A stretch of DNA of 41,846 nt from Candidatus Altiarchaeota archaeon (GCA_016931955.1 JAFGDV010000016.1:1-41846); one strand, 5' to 3'; counted from the stretch's first letter, positions 27,287 through 37,654 are shown. The notes: a model not told the origin generated them from the letters alone. A program made the numbers and translations.

Positions 27287-29410
27287 TTAAGAATGCTTTC
27301 CAGGCTTTTCGAACACTCTCCTGCAGTGTTCAGAGCAAAAGTAGACCGTCTTCCCTTTATGTTCCGTCTTATACAGCGTATCTGCGCTGACTTCCATCCC
27401 GCATACAGGATCCCTGTGGACCGCAGAAGGCTTGAATGCTCCGCCCTTCGGCTCATACTTCCTCAGGGTCTGCGCATTAACTGCGACGATGACAGTGCTT
27501 AGAGACATCAGTATAGCGCCTACTGCAGGGTTGACGATGACATCATAGCCATACAATACCCCAGCCGCCAAGGGAATCATCACTATGTTGTAGCCTGCCG
27601 CCCACCAGATGTTCTGGACCATCTTGGCGTAGGTTTCTTTGGCGAACTTTATGGCTTTAGAGACGTCCCCTGGATTGCTCCTCACCAAGATGATGTCTGC
27701 GCTCTCTATGGCAACATCTGTGCCCGCGCCTATGGCGACCCCAACATCTGCCGTCACAAGCGCTGGGGCATCATTTATGCCGTCACCGACCATCGCCACG
27801 GTATAACCCTTATCCATCAAGGACTTGATCTTCTCTGCCTTCTTTTCTGGTAATACTTCTGCAAAGTAGTCGTCTATGCCAAGCTCCTTCGAAACATTCC
27901 CTGCGACCTCCCTTGAGTCACCTGTAAGCATGAAAACCTTAACGCCTTTATCCCTCAGTTCCCTGACGGCCCCATATGATTCCTTTCTTATCCTGTCAGA
28001 GAAAGCGAAGGCTCCTGCAAGTTTCCCGTCAACTATCGTGTAGACTACCGTCTTACCCTGCCCCTGTAAATCCCTCATCCCTTGGTCGTCTACTCTGAAA
28101 TCCATCTCCTGGAGGAGTCCAAGTCCTCCAACGTATACCTTTCTTCTGTTGACTTCTGCATGAGCGCCTATCCCAGGCATGGCCTTGAAGCCCTTCGACT
28201 TGGGTATGTCGATTCCCTTCTCCCGCACATATCCAACCACGGTCTTCGCCAGCGTGTGCTCTGAGTTTAGTTCCACCGCAGCCGAAAGAGAGAGCAGTTC
28301 TTTTTCTGGAATCGATGAGACCACGTCTGTTACCGCCATAACCCCCTCAGTCAGGGTCCCGGTTTTATCGAAGACTACTGCGTCCACGTCCTTTACCCTC
28401 TCGAAGGCTTGCCTGTTCCGGATCAGGATGCCATTCTTAGCCGTGATCGAGGTTGAGATGGCAACCACCAACGGTATCGCTAAACCAAGGGCGTGGGGGC
28501 ATGCTATCACAAGCACAGTAACGGTTCTTTCAAGTGCGAACCCAGCATCTTTGAGAAAAAACCAGACCAAATAGGTTACTACCCCAACCGAGAGCGCCAC
28601 ATAAAACAACAAGGCAGCCGCCCTATCCGCTATGTCCTGCGTCCTTGACCTGCTCCCCTGCGCCCTTCTGACAAGATTTATGACCTGAGCAACGTAGGTC
28701 TCCTCGCCAGTCCGCTCTATTCTAACCCTGAGGGCGCCTTCCCCGTTTATTGACGCACCAATGACTTTATCCCCTACTCCCCTGTCCACAGGCTTCGATT
28801 CCCCCGTGAGGAGCGCCTCATTAATAGAGGAGGAACCTTCAACTATGACCCCATCTGAGGGAATCTTTTCCCCAGGACGTATCAGGACGACATCCCCCCT
28901 CTTGAGCTCAGACGCCTGCACATCCACAACTTCCTCATCCTTCAATAGGTGTGCCATGGTCGGCATAATCCTGACAAGCTCTTCCAGGGACTTTGACGCC
29001 CCCATGACGCTTTTAGCCTCAACCCAGTGGCCGAGAAGCATCACGTCAATCAAGGTGGCGAGCTCCCAGAAAAAATCTTTCCCAACTATGAGGAAGACTG
29101 TCGCCGTTGAGTATAGGAAAGCAACTGATATGGCGAAGCCTATCAAGGTCATCATGCCCGGCTGTCTGCTCTTTACTTCATCCACAGCGCCTCTTAAGAA
29201 GGGCATACCACCATAGAAGTAGACAGCAGCCGAAAGCAGGAACAGAATCTCCTTCTGGAATGGTATCTCTAAAACAAAGCGGAACCACTCCTGTATCATC
29301 TCCGACAATAGGAGGATCGGTATCGTTAACAGAAGCGAGAACCAGAACCTTTTCTTAAACTCCACCATGTGGTGCGTATGGTCATGACTATGGTGTTGGT
29401 GTCCTCTCAT
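27287..29410 (-). CDS. copB: CopB-type (P1B-3) heavy-metal P-type ATPase with C-terminal YHS/TRASH domain
   Basis: His-rich N-terminus, TGES, CPH, DKTGTLT, GDGINDAP, YN, and C-terminal DPVCGM...YFCSEHC. Confidence 0.9.
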   Translation of the reverse strand: MRGHQHHSHDHTHHMVEFKKRFWFSLLLTIPILLLSEMIQEWFRFVLEIPFQKEILFLLSAAVYFYGGMPFLRGAVDEVKSRQPGMMTLIGFAISVAFLYSTATVFLIVGKDFFWELATLIDVMLLGHWVEAKSVMGASKSLEELVRIMPTMAHLLKDEEVVDVQASELKRGDVVLIRPGEKIPSDGVIVEGSSSINEALLTGESKPVDRGVGDKVIGASINGEGALRVRIERTGEETYVAQVINLVRRAQGSRSRTQDIADRAAALLFYVALSVGVVTYLVWFFLKDAGFALERTVTVLVIACPHALGLAIPLVVAISTSITAKNGILIRNRQAFERVKDVDAVVFDKTGTLTEGVMAVTDVVSSIPEKELLSLSAAVELNSEHTLAKTVVGYVREKGIDIPKSKGFKAMPGIGAHAEVNRRKVYVGGLGLLQEMDFRVDDQGMRDLQGQGKTVVYTIVDGKLAGAFAFSDRIRKESYGAVRELRDKGVKVFMLTGDSREVAGNVSKELGIDDYFAEVLPEKKAEKIKSLMDKGYTVAMVGDGINDAPALVTADVGVAIGAGTDVAIESADIILVRSNPGDVSKAIKFAKETYAKMVQNIWWAAGYNIVMIPLAAGVLYGYDVIVNPAVGAILMSLSTVIVAVNAQTLRKYEPKGGAFKPSAVHRDPVCGMEVSADTLYKTEHKGKTVYFCSEHCRRVFEKPGKHS

Positions 29411-29445
29411 CTCATTGAAGAATTGGATTGCTCCCTAATAAGGCA

Positions 29446-29925
29446 TCAGGCGAAGACTGACCCCACCCAGTCGCCTACGTAGTGGGTTATGGATATGACT
29501 AACAAGGCGATAGCTATGTGTTCCATTACCACGTTCAGGGGTTTTTCTTTCTGGTCTCTTGCGATATAAAAACTGAAGACACCAAGCATCAGGATACCCC
29601 AGACCACACTCACTATGATCGCCGTGTCGAGAGACAGTAGGAAAACTGGAACAATGAACGTCATCGAGAATATGAACTTGGCGAATAGTGTCGCTATCGT
29701 CGACTCCCATATGTCCTTCGACTTGGTCCCATTCTTCGCCTCTTCGGATACGTGTATTCCAAGGGCGTCCGAGAATGCATCCGCTATAGCTATCGTGAAT
29801 ATCCCGCCGAGGACGGCCACCTCGGACCCTGTTCCAGAATGCAGTCCAACCATTAAACCCAGCGTTGTAATTATGCCCGACGTCAATCCAAAGCTGACAC
29901 CAGTCTTATAGGACTCCCTCACCAT
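29446..29925 (-). CDS. VIT1/CCC1-family transporter (short form)
   Basis: FGLTSGIITTLG, ADAFSDALGIHVSEE; about 5 TM segments. Confidence 0.85.
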   Translation of the reverse strand: MVRESYKTGVSFGLTSGIITTLGLMVGLHSGTGSEVAVLGGIFTIAIADAFSDALGIHVSEEAKNGTKSKDIWESTIATLFAKFIFSMTFIVPVFLLSLDTAIIVSVVWGILMLGVFSFYIARDQKEKPLNVVMEHIAIALLVISITHYVGDWVGSVFA

Positions 29926-29931
29926 TCTCTT

Positions 29932-30936
29932 TTATTTCACTATGAACGCATCCTTCAAACACTTGTTTTCGTAGTCAAGGATGTTCTGCGCAGTCCTCTC
30001 CATTATCCTCTCCAATGCTTCTCTGCTGTAGAAGGCTATATGTGGAGTATATACTACGTTGTCTTTCGCCAATAGTATGTTGTCCTGCACCAGCTTACCG
30101 AGGACCTCCACCTTCTCTGGCGCATACAGCAGCTGTTTCTCCTCCTTAATGTATTCCTCGCCCTCCAAGACGTCTATTCCAGCTCCAGCCAGTATTCCCT
30201 TATCCAGTGATTCAATCAATGCTTCAGTGTCCACTATGCCGCCCCTGGAGGTGTTTACCAACAAAGAACCCTTCTTTATCGTTCTTATATTGTCTTTGTT
30301 GATCAGATGATGAGTGTACTTATTCAATGGAACATGCAACGTTATGATATCCGACTTCTTCAAGAGCTCCTCTAATGAGACATACTTGAAATCCAATACT
30401 TCTGCTAGAAAGTGGTCCTGGTTGGAGTCGTATGCCAGCACACTCATTCCAAAGCCTTTCGCGGTCCGGATCACATGCAACCCTATTCTCCCGGCTCCCA
30501 CCACCCCTATAGTCTTACCCTTCAAGTCGAATCCCTCCAAGCCCTCCAGTGTGTAGTCCCGCCGCAGAACCTTCAAGTAGGCCTTCCTCAGATTCCTTGA
30601 AAGAGACAGAATCAACGCGAAAGTGTGCTCAGCTACCGTATTTTCTCCATAGAAGGGCACATTGCAGACTGTTATGTCTTTCCTCCTGCATTCATCCAAG
30701 GCGATGTGGTCGTATCCCGTCGACCTCGTCGTGATCAGTTTCAGCTTCGGCAGCTTTTTCAGCATCGAGCAGTCCAGGTTCGAGTAAATGAACACAGACA
30801 ATACGTCAGCGTCCTTCGCCTGACTTATGTTCTCTTTACTCAGCGGCTCCCGGTAGAACTCCAACTCATGCCCCCTCAACCTCTTCCTCAACAGCTTCTT
30901 CTCCCAACCCTTAACCTCAAAAAACTTAACCCTCAT
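29932..30936 (-). CDS. D-isomer-specific 2-hydroxyacid dehydrogenase (D-LDH-like)
   Basis: Motifs RSTGYDHI, VAEH, GAGRIG, NTSRG, DVLEGE and TPHIAF. Confidence 0.93.
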   Translation of the reverse strand: MRVKFFEVKGWEKKLLRKRLRGHELEFYREPLSKENISQAKDADVLSVFIYSNLDCSMLKKLPKLKLITTRSTGYDHIALDECRRKDITVCNVPFYGENTVAEHTFALILSLSRNLRKAYLKVLRRDYTLEGLEGFDLKGKTIGVVGAGRIGLHVIRTAKGFGMSVLAYDSNQDHFLAEVLDFKYVSLEELLKKSDIITLHVPLNKYTHHLINKDNIRTIKKGSLLVNTSRGGIVDTEALIESLDKGILAGAGIDVLEGEEYIKEEKQLLYAPEKVEVLGKLVQDNILLAKDNVVYTPHIAFYSREALERIMERTAQNILDYENKCLKDAFIVK

Positions 30937-30971
30937 CTTATAACTATAGTCTGGACTTCTTATAACCTCTT

Positions 30972-31901
30972 CTACAGGATTCTTATCAATAACGTCCTAT
31001 TCTCTGTTTGCCCCACATATCCCCTGTATCCCACAGAGTATTCTTCCATAATATCTTCTTCCTCGCTGCAGTCTATGAATTCCTTCACGCGCACATCCTC
31101 TATCCTGCACCCAATCTCCTTCCCCGATTTCTCAGATATGTAATCTGCTACCTCACTCATCGGATGATCTATCGCCAAATAGTTGTCGTTGAGCGATAGA
31201 ATGCGATCTTTAAGCTTAACAGAATAGCTTGGAATCTTATACCTATTATATTCCCCAGTCGTCATTATAAACCCCTTTTCTTGGGAGACACCTTCCACGT
31301 CACTCCAATAATAGAATTTTTCTTCACCCAGAGACAGCCAGTCGTTTACATAAATTCCTTCCTCAGCTACTCGCGTATAATAGTCCACATTCAACGCAGT
31401 AGGGATAAACGCTATTATCCCTAAAACCAGGAGAGCGGTCGTCGCTACTTTGAGATAAGTATCAGGATCATCGAAGAGACAAGCAAATGGATCAAGAAAT
31501 GGCAAAGTGGATCGAATAAGTTCGATATTTCGTTTTACATACCATAGATGATATTCTCCGCCTTTTTCTTTTCCCATCTCCTTTATGAAGAGTTTTTTGC
31601 CGATGAATCGCTCTATGATCAGTCCACCTATTCCTAAAGTGAAAAAAATAATTGGCAGCATGAAAACCCAGAATGATTCTACTACAACGTATCCTCCTCC
31701 AGGGATGATCTGAAGTTGTATTATCCTGAACAGATTATGGGAGAATACTACCAATAACAGAACGGCTGGAAAGACCAAGAAATACATCATAGACACTTTC
31801 TTCGCCAACGCCTCTTTATCCCCTCCAGAGGGAAATATTTTTCTGACAACAAGTATTACCATCACAGTTAATATCAGAGGTACTAGAAGCGACTTCAACA
31901 T
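30972..31901 (-). CDS. Hypothetical membrane protein
   Basis: Four hydrophobic segments followed by a soluble C-terminal domain. No motif recognised. Confidence 0.75.
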   Translation of the reverse strand: MLKSLLVPLILTVMVILVVRKIFPSGGDKEALAKKVSMMYFLVFPAVLLLVVFSHNLFRIIQLQIIPGGGYVVVESFWVFMLPIIFFTLGIGGLIIERFIGKKLFIKEMGKEKGGEYHLWYVKRNIELIRSTLPFLDPFACLFDDPDTYLKVATTALLVLGIIAFIPTALNVDYYTRVAEEGIYVNDWLSLGEEKFYYWSDVEGVSQEKGFIMTTGEYNRYKIPSYSVKLKDRILSLNDNYLAIDHPMSEVADYISEKSGKEIGCRIEDVRVKEFIDCSEEEDIMEEYSVGYRGYVGQTENRTLLIRIL

Positions 31902-31934
31902 ATTAGTTTATTGGAGAACCACGCTAAAAAAACC

Positions 31935-32999
31935 TTAGATCGGATACCTTAATAATGCGGCTATTCCCCCCAGTGAGTGCAGTTGTCTGCCGGCTTCGGT
32001 GTCGTGGTTTATTAGATGCACTTCTCCGTTGAGGGTTTTCACGGTCTCCATCAATGGCTCCAAGTCTCTTCTATCCTTCAGGAAAAAGTCGTCGCATAGA
32101 AGCAGTTTAGCCACTGCCCCGGAATTCGCGGCATTCCTTATGTCCTTCACCCCATAGGCTCCTAACCCCGTGCCTTTCCCAATCTCCTTCAGCAGTTCCT
32201 GCATAAGCTGCATGTCTCTCGCCGAGGTAATCTCATCCAACACCTTCCTCACACCAGCTCTCTTCAGCACTTCCTGCACGCCGTTTCTCCCATGGGAGCC
32301 GATGTTTTCCAGTGCAGTTTTCTCCCTCAGTTCAGGGTATTTCTCCGACATGAACCTGTACAGGTGTTCTTTCTCGAAGCCTGCTCCAGCCACTACTATT
32401 GCCGCGATCTTTTCCCTCTCCAGTATTTCTTTCATGAATTTTATGGCATCACTGTAGAATTCCGTTTTCCTCTCGGCTCTTCCTTTGGTGTCGTATTTTC
32501 CGCCGATCAGCTTCGATAATTCAAAGTATTCCGTCTTAGACTCCCTTATGAGCCCAAAGGTGGCTTCTCCCTCATCCACTACTGTAACCAGGATCTTAGG
32601 CCTCAAAGCTGCTTTCTCTGCTTCCCTGAGCCTGTCCAATTCAGTCTTAGACCATCTGTCTTTTATTATCTTCAGTTCAGAGCCCTTCTCCACATTGAAT
32701 GTGTGATGCGATCCAATAGAGACAAGGTCCTCAGGTCCTTCCTCTATTATGCCAGTTATCCGATAAGTGTCTGAGTCCGATTTAAAATCTGCCTTCTCCA
32801 CCCGGAGCGCTACTGTCACCGTTTTTCTCTCCGCCTTCTTGCTCCGCTCTATGTCTTCCTTAGCCTTTATCCGCCTCTCAGTCTTCGTCTTCACCAAGTC
32901 CCCTCTATGGACTACGGTGCTCAGATACCACAGGTCGTCGAGGTTCTCTATCCTCAACTTCACCACACCCACCCTCGGATTCATGGCCGAGATTTTCAT
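31935..32999 (-). CDS. pelA: mRNA surveillance protein pelota
   Basis: ENLDDLWYL, GSHHTF, AGAGFEK, AYG, and C-terminal GRQLHSLGGIAALLRY (eRF1 domains 1-3). Confidence 0.96.
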   Translation of the reverse strand: MKISAMNPRVGVVKLRIENLDDLWYLSTVVHRGDLVKTKTERRIKAKEDIERSKKAERKTVTVALRVEKADFKSDSDTYRITGIIEEGPEDLVSIGSHHTFNVEKGSELKIIKDRWSKTELDRLREAEKAALRPKILVTVVDEGEATFGLIRESKTEYFELSKLIGGKYDTKGRAERKTEFYSDAIKFMKEILEREKIAAIVVAGAGFEKEHLYRFMSEKYPELREKTALENIGSHGRNGVQEVLKRAGVRKVLDEITSARDMQLMQELLKEIGKGTGLGAYGVKDIRNAANSGAVAKLLLCDDFFLKDRRDLEPLMETVKTLNGEVHLINHDTEAGRQLHSLGGIAALLRYPI

Positions 33000-33077
33000 T
33001 TTTTCATTTATACCATATTATGGGAGCCTTAAAGTAAAATCCCGGCTTATTTATTCTTTATTCTCTATTTTCTTGTT

Positions 33078-33656
33078 ATGGATGAATCCCTTTACAAAAC
33101 AATCCTGCTGGTGATGCTTTTTCTCTTCTTTTTAGTCCGAAGTCTCTTCATGCGTTGGTCTGGTCTTGGGGATTCCTCCTACGTGAAGCGTTTGAGGGAG
33201 AACCTTCTGGTAGCCTTGAACTGGACAGGCATGGTCTTTCTCCCCCTTATCTATGTTTTTTCCACCTGGCTTGACCGTTTTTCATTAGGTTTCCCCAGCT
33301 TTCTTCGTTTTTTCGGCGTCTTCCTGTACCTTGCTGCTCTTGTGTTGATGTTCTGGAGTCACCGTTCCTTGGGCGGAAACTGGTCCATGGTTTTGAGGCT
33401 TCACAGAAATCATTCGCTTATAACCTCCGGCCCCTACCGCTTTATCCGCCACCCAATGTATCTGGCTTTTTACTTGATAGTGTTCGCTCAACTCCTTGTG
33501 TCGTCTAACTGGGTTGTTGGCTTCTATGGCGTCTCCGCCTGGAGTCTCCTCTACTTTATCCGCATACCCTCCGAGGAAAAAATGCTCAAAGAAAAATTCG
33601 GTGACGAATACAACAAATACAAAGAAAAAACCGGGCGAATCCTACCCCACCTATAA
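33078..33656 (+). CDS. Isoprenylcysteine carboxylmethyltransferase (ICMT/Ste14) family membrane protein
   Basis: Motifs LGGNWS, HSLITSGPYRFIRHPMY and RI..EE..L...FG.EY..Y. Confidence 0.92.
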   Translation: MDESLYKTILLVMLFLFFLVRSLFMRWSGLGDSSYVKRLRENLLVALNWTGMVFLPLIYVFSTWLDRFSLGFPSFLRFFGVFLYLAALVLMFWSHRSLGGNWSMVLRLHRNHSLITSGPYRFIRHPMYLAFYLIVFAQLLVSSNWVVGFYGVSAWSLLYFIRIPSEEKMLKEKFGDEYNKYKEKTGRILPHL

Positions 33657-33657
33657 C

Positions 33658-35016
33658 CTATTCTTCAATCACATAGAACCTGGGTTCTCCTGTCTCTTCC
33701 AGCCTACACATTCCCACAATCAGGTTATCAATTTTTCCTCCAAAATCGAAGCCGCTTTGGATTAATTTAATCGATCCATCTGGTTTTTCCACGTCTAGTG
33801 TTGCTGCTACGGCTTCATTGTTCCTTGAGTAAACAAAGTGGTCAATCCTGAAACCATAATCCTTGTATGGGATGAATTCTTCACCCGATATCCCTTCCAG
33901 AAGATGTGCATTTGTTGGAATACAGTCCTCGAAGTCGGGTGGTTTTATGTAGACGATTACGTATGAGTGTTCCATGGAGGCGTAGCTTAGAGAGACCTCT
34001 ATGTCGTTGATTTTCTTTGCAAGACCGCTGCAGAACAGGACATGTTCACTTTCGTTTCCTTCGGCGTCTACAATATGTAAGACTATGCCTTCTTCAGGGT
34101 GCTCAAAGAAGTAGTTCAACCTAAATCCATAGAATACCCCAGGTGAAGTTTCGTAGTAGACCATTTCTTCTGGCTCCAACATCAAGCAACCCTCTACATC
34201 GCATTTTCTGCCGCATTTCCAGAAGCCTTCCAAGACCCTACAGTATACCTTACCTGTGAAGCAGACGTCTTTTTCGCCTATCGTCTGTGCGTAGGCTACA
34301 GTATAGCCCCCAGGGTATGACGAGATTTCCAGTATGCCAAATTCTATGTCGTCTATTGTCGTTTTCTCTCCTTCTCTCAAATCGCAGTAGACAGCTTCTT
34401 CATCTGGTTTTTGTATCCGAAGATTGACTTCTTCCAGCGACCTAGGGTATTCTTGCCTGAATCTATATCCCATGTATTCTCTCTCAAACATCCTGTAGTC
34501 TTTCCCTCCAATAGTGAAGACTGTAGAGTATAGCGGTGCCTTGGAAGCTCCACTGTATTTTTGAACATATATTTTAACCTTTATCGCTCCCGGAATTTTT
34601 TCCATGACACCAAACTCTAGGCCGTCTATGATGCTTTTTTCGTAGAAGACCTCGGTTTTAGTGGCATTATCTGGTGTCTTTATCTCGAACTCATATTGGT
34701 TGCCTTTACTGGTCGAGACTACGTTTTCAATGCGGAATTCATATCCCCCATACCCCCCAGGGTTTGTAGCGTCTATGTAGAATGTCGTCGAAGTGGTGGT
34801 TGATGATGTCGTCGTGAATATCTTTGTTGTCGTAGTTGTAGTAATCGCCGTTGTAGTGGTTGTTGCCGTAGTTGCAGTGGTTGTCATTGTATAGGTGGTT
34901 GTCGCTTCTTTGGTGGTGGTCGTTATTTCTATTTCAGTTTCCTTTTTTTCCTCAATGCAACAAGCTAATAGGCTCAACAGTATAACTGCGATAGATAATC
35001 TTTTTCCATTGTTCAT
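33658..35016 (-). CDS. Putative lipoprotein with Thr-rich linker and four internal repeats
   Basis: Signal ending LLACC, poly-Thr stalk, and repeated YxFR...(K/T)PD units. Confidence 0.8.
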   Translation of the reverse strand: MNNGKRLSIAVILLSLLACCIEEKKETEIEITTTTKEATTTYTMTTTATTATTTTTAITTTTTTKIFTTTSSTTTSTTFYIDATNPGGYGGYEFRIENVVSTSKGNQYEFEIKTPDNATKTEVFYEKSIIDGLEFGVMEKIPGAIKVKIYVQKYSGASKAPLYSTVFTIGGKDYRMFEREYMGYRFRQEYPRSLEEVNLRIQKPDEEAVYCDLREGEKTTIDDIEFGILEISSYPGGYTVAYAQTIGEKDVCFTGKVYCRVLEGFWKCGRKCDVEGCLMLEPEEMVYYETSPGVFYGFRLNYFFEHPEEGIVLHIVDAEGNESEHVLFCSGLAKKINDIEVSLSYASMEHSYVIVYIKPPDFEDCIPTNAHLLEGISGEEFIPYKDYGFRIDHFVYSRNNEAVAATLDVEKPDGSIKLIQSGFDFGGKIDNLIVGMCRLEETGEPRFYVIEE

Positions 35017-36374
35017 TTTTTGTAATTGGGTCCCTGGAACATGTAGAACTTGTATCCTTTAGACTCTGTTTCCACTATGTCTGCACCTAATTGACTTATC
35101 CTTGTCTCTTTCACGACTTCTTCTGTGCTGGCCGCAATAAACCTACCATATGAAGTCATCTCTGCTTTATCTATCTTGTAGTCTGCCTTGTATTTCCAGA
35201 GAAGGTTTCCTTCCTCGTCGAATACATACAGTTGACTGTCTTTGCCACCCGCAAGCACGTATTTTCCGTCTTCTGTTATGTCCACGTCGGCTATCTGCCA
35301 TCTTGCCGTGTAATTCCAAAGCATTTTTCCTTCCCCATCAAAGAAGTAGACTTTGTTGTTGTAGCTGCCCGCAACTATTCGGCTGCCGTCCGAGTTCATG
35401 ACAGCGGAACTGAATCCTTCAGGTACGGCGTACTCCCATAATAGGTCGTCATCTTCGTATACACTGATTTTGTTGTTTCTTACGTAGATGTTGTCGTATA
35501 GTGCTATCATGCTTGTTTTTCCGTCAAAGCTTACCGCTGCATCAGAGTACAGGCCTTCTTCTCTTATTTCCCTGACTTTTAGGCCATACTCGTTGTAGAA
35601 TTCTATTCTTACTTCCCGCTCTCCTTCGTTGCTGATGTAGACTGCGGCGTAACGTGCGTCTTCTGTTAGCTTGACCCCTTTTATATCATCATCGTATGTC
35701 CAATCCCATTTAAAGCGGTCTACTCCATGGGGTTCGATGCACGCCCCCCATTGGAATTCTCCATCTAAGTCAAAGACTTTGATTTCTCCTGAGCTGACTG
35801 ACGCTATGTATTTTTTGTGCGGTGAAAGGTCTACTGCGCTTCCAGATGTCCTGACCTTTGTTAGGCTACGGTCTGTTATGTCTTTTCGGCAGGATTCGAT
35901 TTTGGATCTGTTGAGTGTGTACTTGAAGCATTCTGGGTTCATGAGGGGATGCTTTTTGTTTATTATCCTGCATGTTTCAAAGTAGATTTCTCCTGTATTG
36001 GTTATTATTATGTTATAGTAGAAGGTTAGTTTTTCTGTTCCCGCTGGGTTGCCTTCTGAATCGAATATGTAGATTTTATCCGCCATTAATACTGCTTCCC
36101 CGTTTTCTGCGAGCGCTATCTGGCTTATGGAGTCATTGAATGTGTACTCCCATAGTAGGTAGTCTTTTCCTTCAGTAGATGGTGTCGTCGTTGATGTGGT
36201 TGATGTGGTTGTCGTCGACGTTGAAGTGGTCGTAGTCGTTGTTGAGGTCGTTGTAGTAGTTGTGGTTGTCGTAGTCGTAGTAGTTGTCGTGATTTTCGTC
36301 GTCGTGGTCTCCGGCTGCTGCGTGCAGCCTACAAGCAAACTCAATAACAACACAAACAGGATTATTTTTTTCAT
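35013..36374 (-). CDS. Putative lipoprotein with Thr stalk and WD40/PQQ-like beta-propeller
   Basis: MKK...LVGC lipobox, poly-Thr, and repeated 'G.LLW.Y' / 'DG.Y' blades. Start ATG 36374. Confidence 0.88.
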   Translation of the reverse strand: MKKIILFVLLLSLLVGCTQQPETTTTKITTTTTTTTTTTTTTTSTTTTTTSTSTTTTSTTSTTTPSTEGKDYLLWEYTFNDSISQIALAENGEAVLMADKIYIFDSEGNPAGTEKLTFYYNIIITNTGEIYFETCRIINKKHPLMNPECFKYTLNRSKIESCRKDITDRSLTKVRTSGSAVDLSPHKKYIASVSSGEIKVFDLDGEFQWGACIEPHGVDRFKWDWTYDDDIKGVKLTEDARYAAVYISNEGEREVRIEFYNEYGLKVREIREEGLYSDAAVSFDGKTSMIALYDNIYVRNNKISVYEDDDLLWEYAVPEGFSSAVMNSDGSRIVAGSYNNKVYFFDGEGKMLWNYTARWQIADVDITEDGKYVLAGGKDSQLYVFDEEGNLLWKYKADYKIDKAEMTSYGRFIAASTEEVVKETRISQLGADIVETESKGYKFYMFQGPNYKK

Positions 36375-36457
36375 CTTTAGCACCACCATAAAGACATTAT
36401 TAGTTCACCCACAGATAAAAATATGTTGGTATTGTGTGAAAGTGCTTTATATCCCAG

Positions 36458-36820
36458 TCATCTTTGCGGCTTGAATTCTAATGAGACGGAGTTAACGCAG
36501 TGTCGGGTGTTTTTTGGCGTGAGCTTCTCCCCTTTGAATATGTGCCCCAGGTGAGCTCCGCATCTCTTACATTGTATCTCAGTTCGTATCCCATCTGAAT
36601 CCAGAACTCTCCTTATCGCTCCTTTTATTTCGTCGTCGAAGCTCGGCCAACCGCATCCGGAATCGAATTTGTCCTCTGACCTGTAGAGGGGTGCGCCGCA
36701 TCTCTTACAGACGTAAGTTCCCCTCTCACGGTGATCCCAGTATTCGCCGCTGAAGGGCTTCTCTGTTCCCTTCCCCACTATCACTTCCCCCTCTTCTTTG
36801 GTCAGTTTTTTCGGTTCCAT
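36458..36820 (-). CDS. msrB: Methionine-R-sulfoxide reductase
   Basis: Motifs GTEKPF, Cxx[25 protein letters not shown] and RHCVNS. Confidence 0.96.
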   Translation of the reverse strand: MEPKKLTKEEGEVIVGKGTEKPFSGEYWDHRERGTYVCKRCGAPLYRSEDKFDSGCGWPSFDDEIKGAIRRVLDSDGIRTEIQCKRCGAHLGHIFKGEKLTPKNTRHCVNSVSLEFKPQR

Positions 36821-37095
36821 CTAAGCTCTTTGTTTTTCCAGTTCCACCATTTCAGCAGTTTAGGGTCGTGTTCGGTGTTTGAAACATAATATACTGCACA
36901 GCGTAGCACATACAGCATGCATCTGTCTACTTCGTCTTCTTTTTGAGTGCATAGTCTACTGTACAGTTTCTCTGGGTCTTTGTTTTTGAGTTCTCCAGCG
37001 GATCTGAATCCCATACTCCACAGGTCTTCGGCGATTTTTCCCCCCACGCCGGGGATCTGCTGAAATTCTTTCAAGGTTATTTGTTTGCCTGACAT
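36802..37095 (-). CDS. Cdd1-like helix-hairpin-helix protein
   Basis: IPGVG..IA.DL (HhH), DP..LY..LC, DRC.LY..RCAV and WWNW. Confidence 0.88.
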   Translation of the reverse strand: MSGKQITLKEFQQIPGVGGKIAEDLWSMGFRSAGELKNKDPEKLYSRLCTQKEDEVDRCMLYVLRCAVYYVSNTEHDPKLLKWWNWKNKELRWNRKN

Positions 37096-37104
37096 CTTCT
37101 GTGT

Positions 37105-37506
37105 TTATTCTACGATCACTGTCCCAGTCATGTATCTTTTGTGGATGCTGCAGTAGTAGTGGTATGTTCCAGTCTCATTGAAGACGTGGGTGTACATTTC
37201 TCCCTGACTTATAGGTCCTGAGCTGAAGTCGTCGAATGCTATATTGTGCGCTACTGGGTCGTCGTTCATCCAGGTTACTGCGTTCTCTCTCTTAATCGTC
37301 ACCGTCTCCGGTATAGCCCTGAAGTCGCGGAGGCGCACCATGATGGCGACTACGGGCTCCAGCGTCGTTGAAGTCGTTGTCGTAGAAGTGGTTGTAGTCA
37401 TTTGGAGCGCTGTCGTCGTTTTTTCCGTGAACGGCTGAGATATTTCCTCCAAACATCCACACACCAGAATCAACATGAATAAGGTGACTACAAGAAGCCT
37501 GCCCAT
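37105..37506 (-). CDS. Plastocyanin-like cupredoxin lipoprotein 1
   Basis: VCGC lipobox, Thr linker, and type-1 Cu ligands H(N)...C(SI)H...M. Start ATG 37506. Confidence 0.9.
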   Translation of the reverse strand: MGRLLVVTLFMLILVCGCLEEISQPFTEKTTTALQMTTTTSTTTTSTTLEPVVAIMVRLRDFRAIPETVTIKRENAVTWMNDDPVAHNIAFDDFSSGPISQGEMYTHVFNETGTYHYYCSIHKRYMTGTVIVE

Positions 37507-37654
37507 AGTACAATATTTGATACTAAAACAAAAAAAAGCGTTCACTTATCTCAGAACACGAAGGATAAGCCTCCCCCCATTTAAATACTTTAGTTACTGT
37601 ATACATTATAAGCATTGATTTATTGCTTGATGTATATATAGGAGGCAAATCGAG

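Noticed and set aside
33078-33656. Unusually pyrimidine-rich coding strand suggesting foreign origin
   Set aside because: This is largely explained by Phe/Leu/Ser-rich membrane protein composition, and no mobility signatures flank it.
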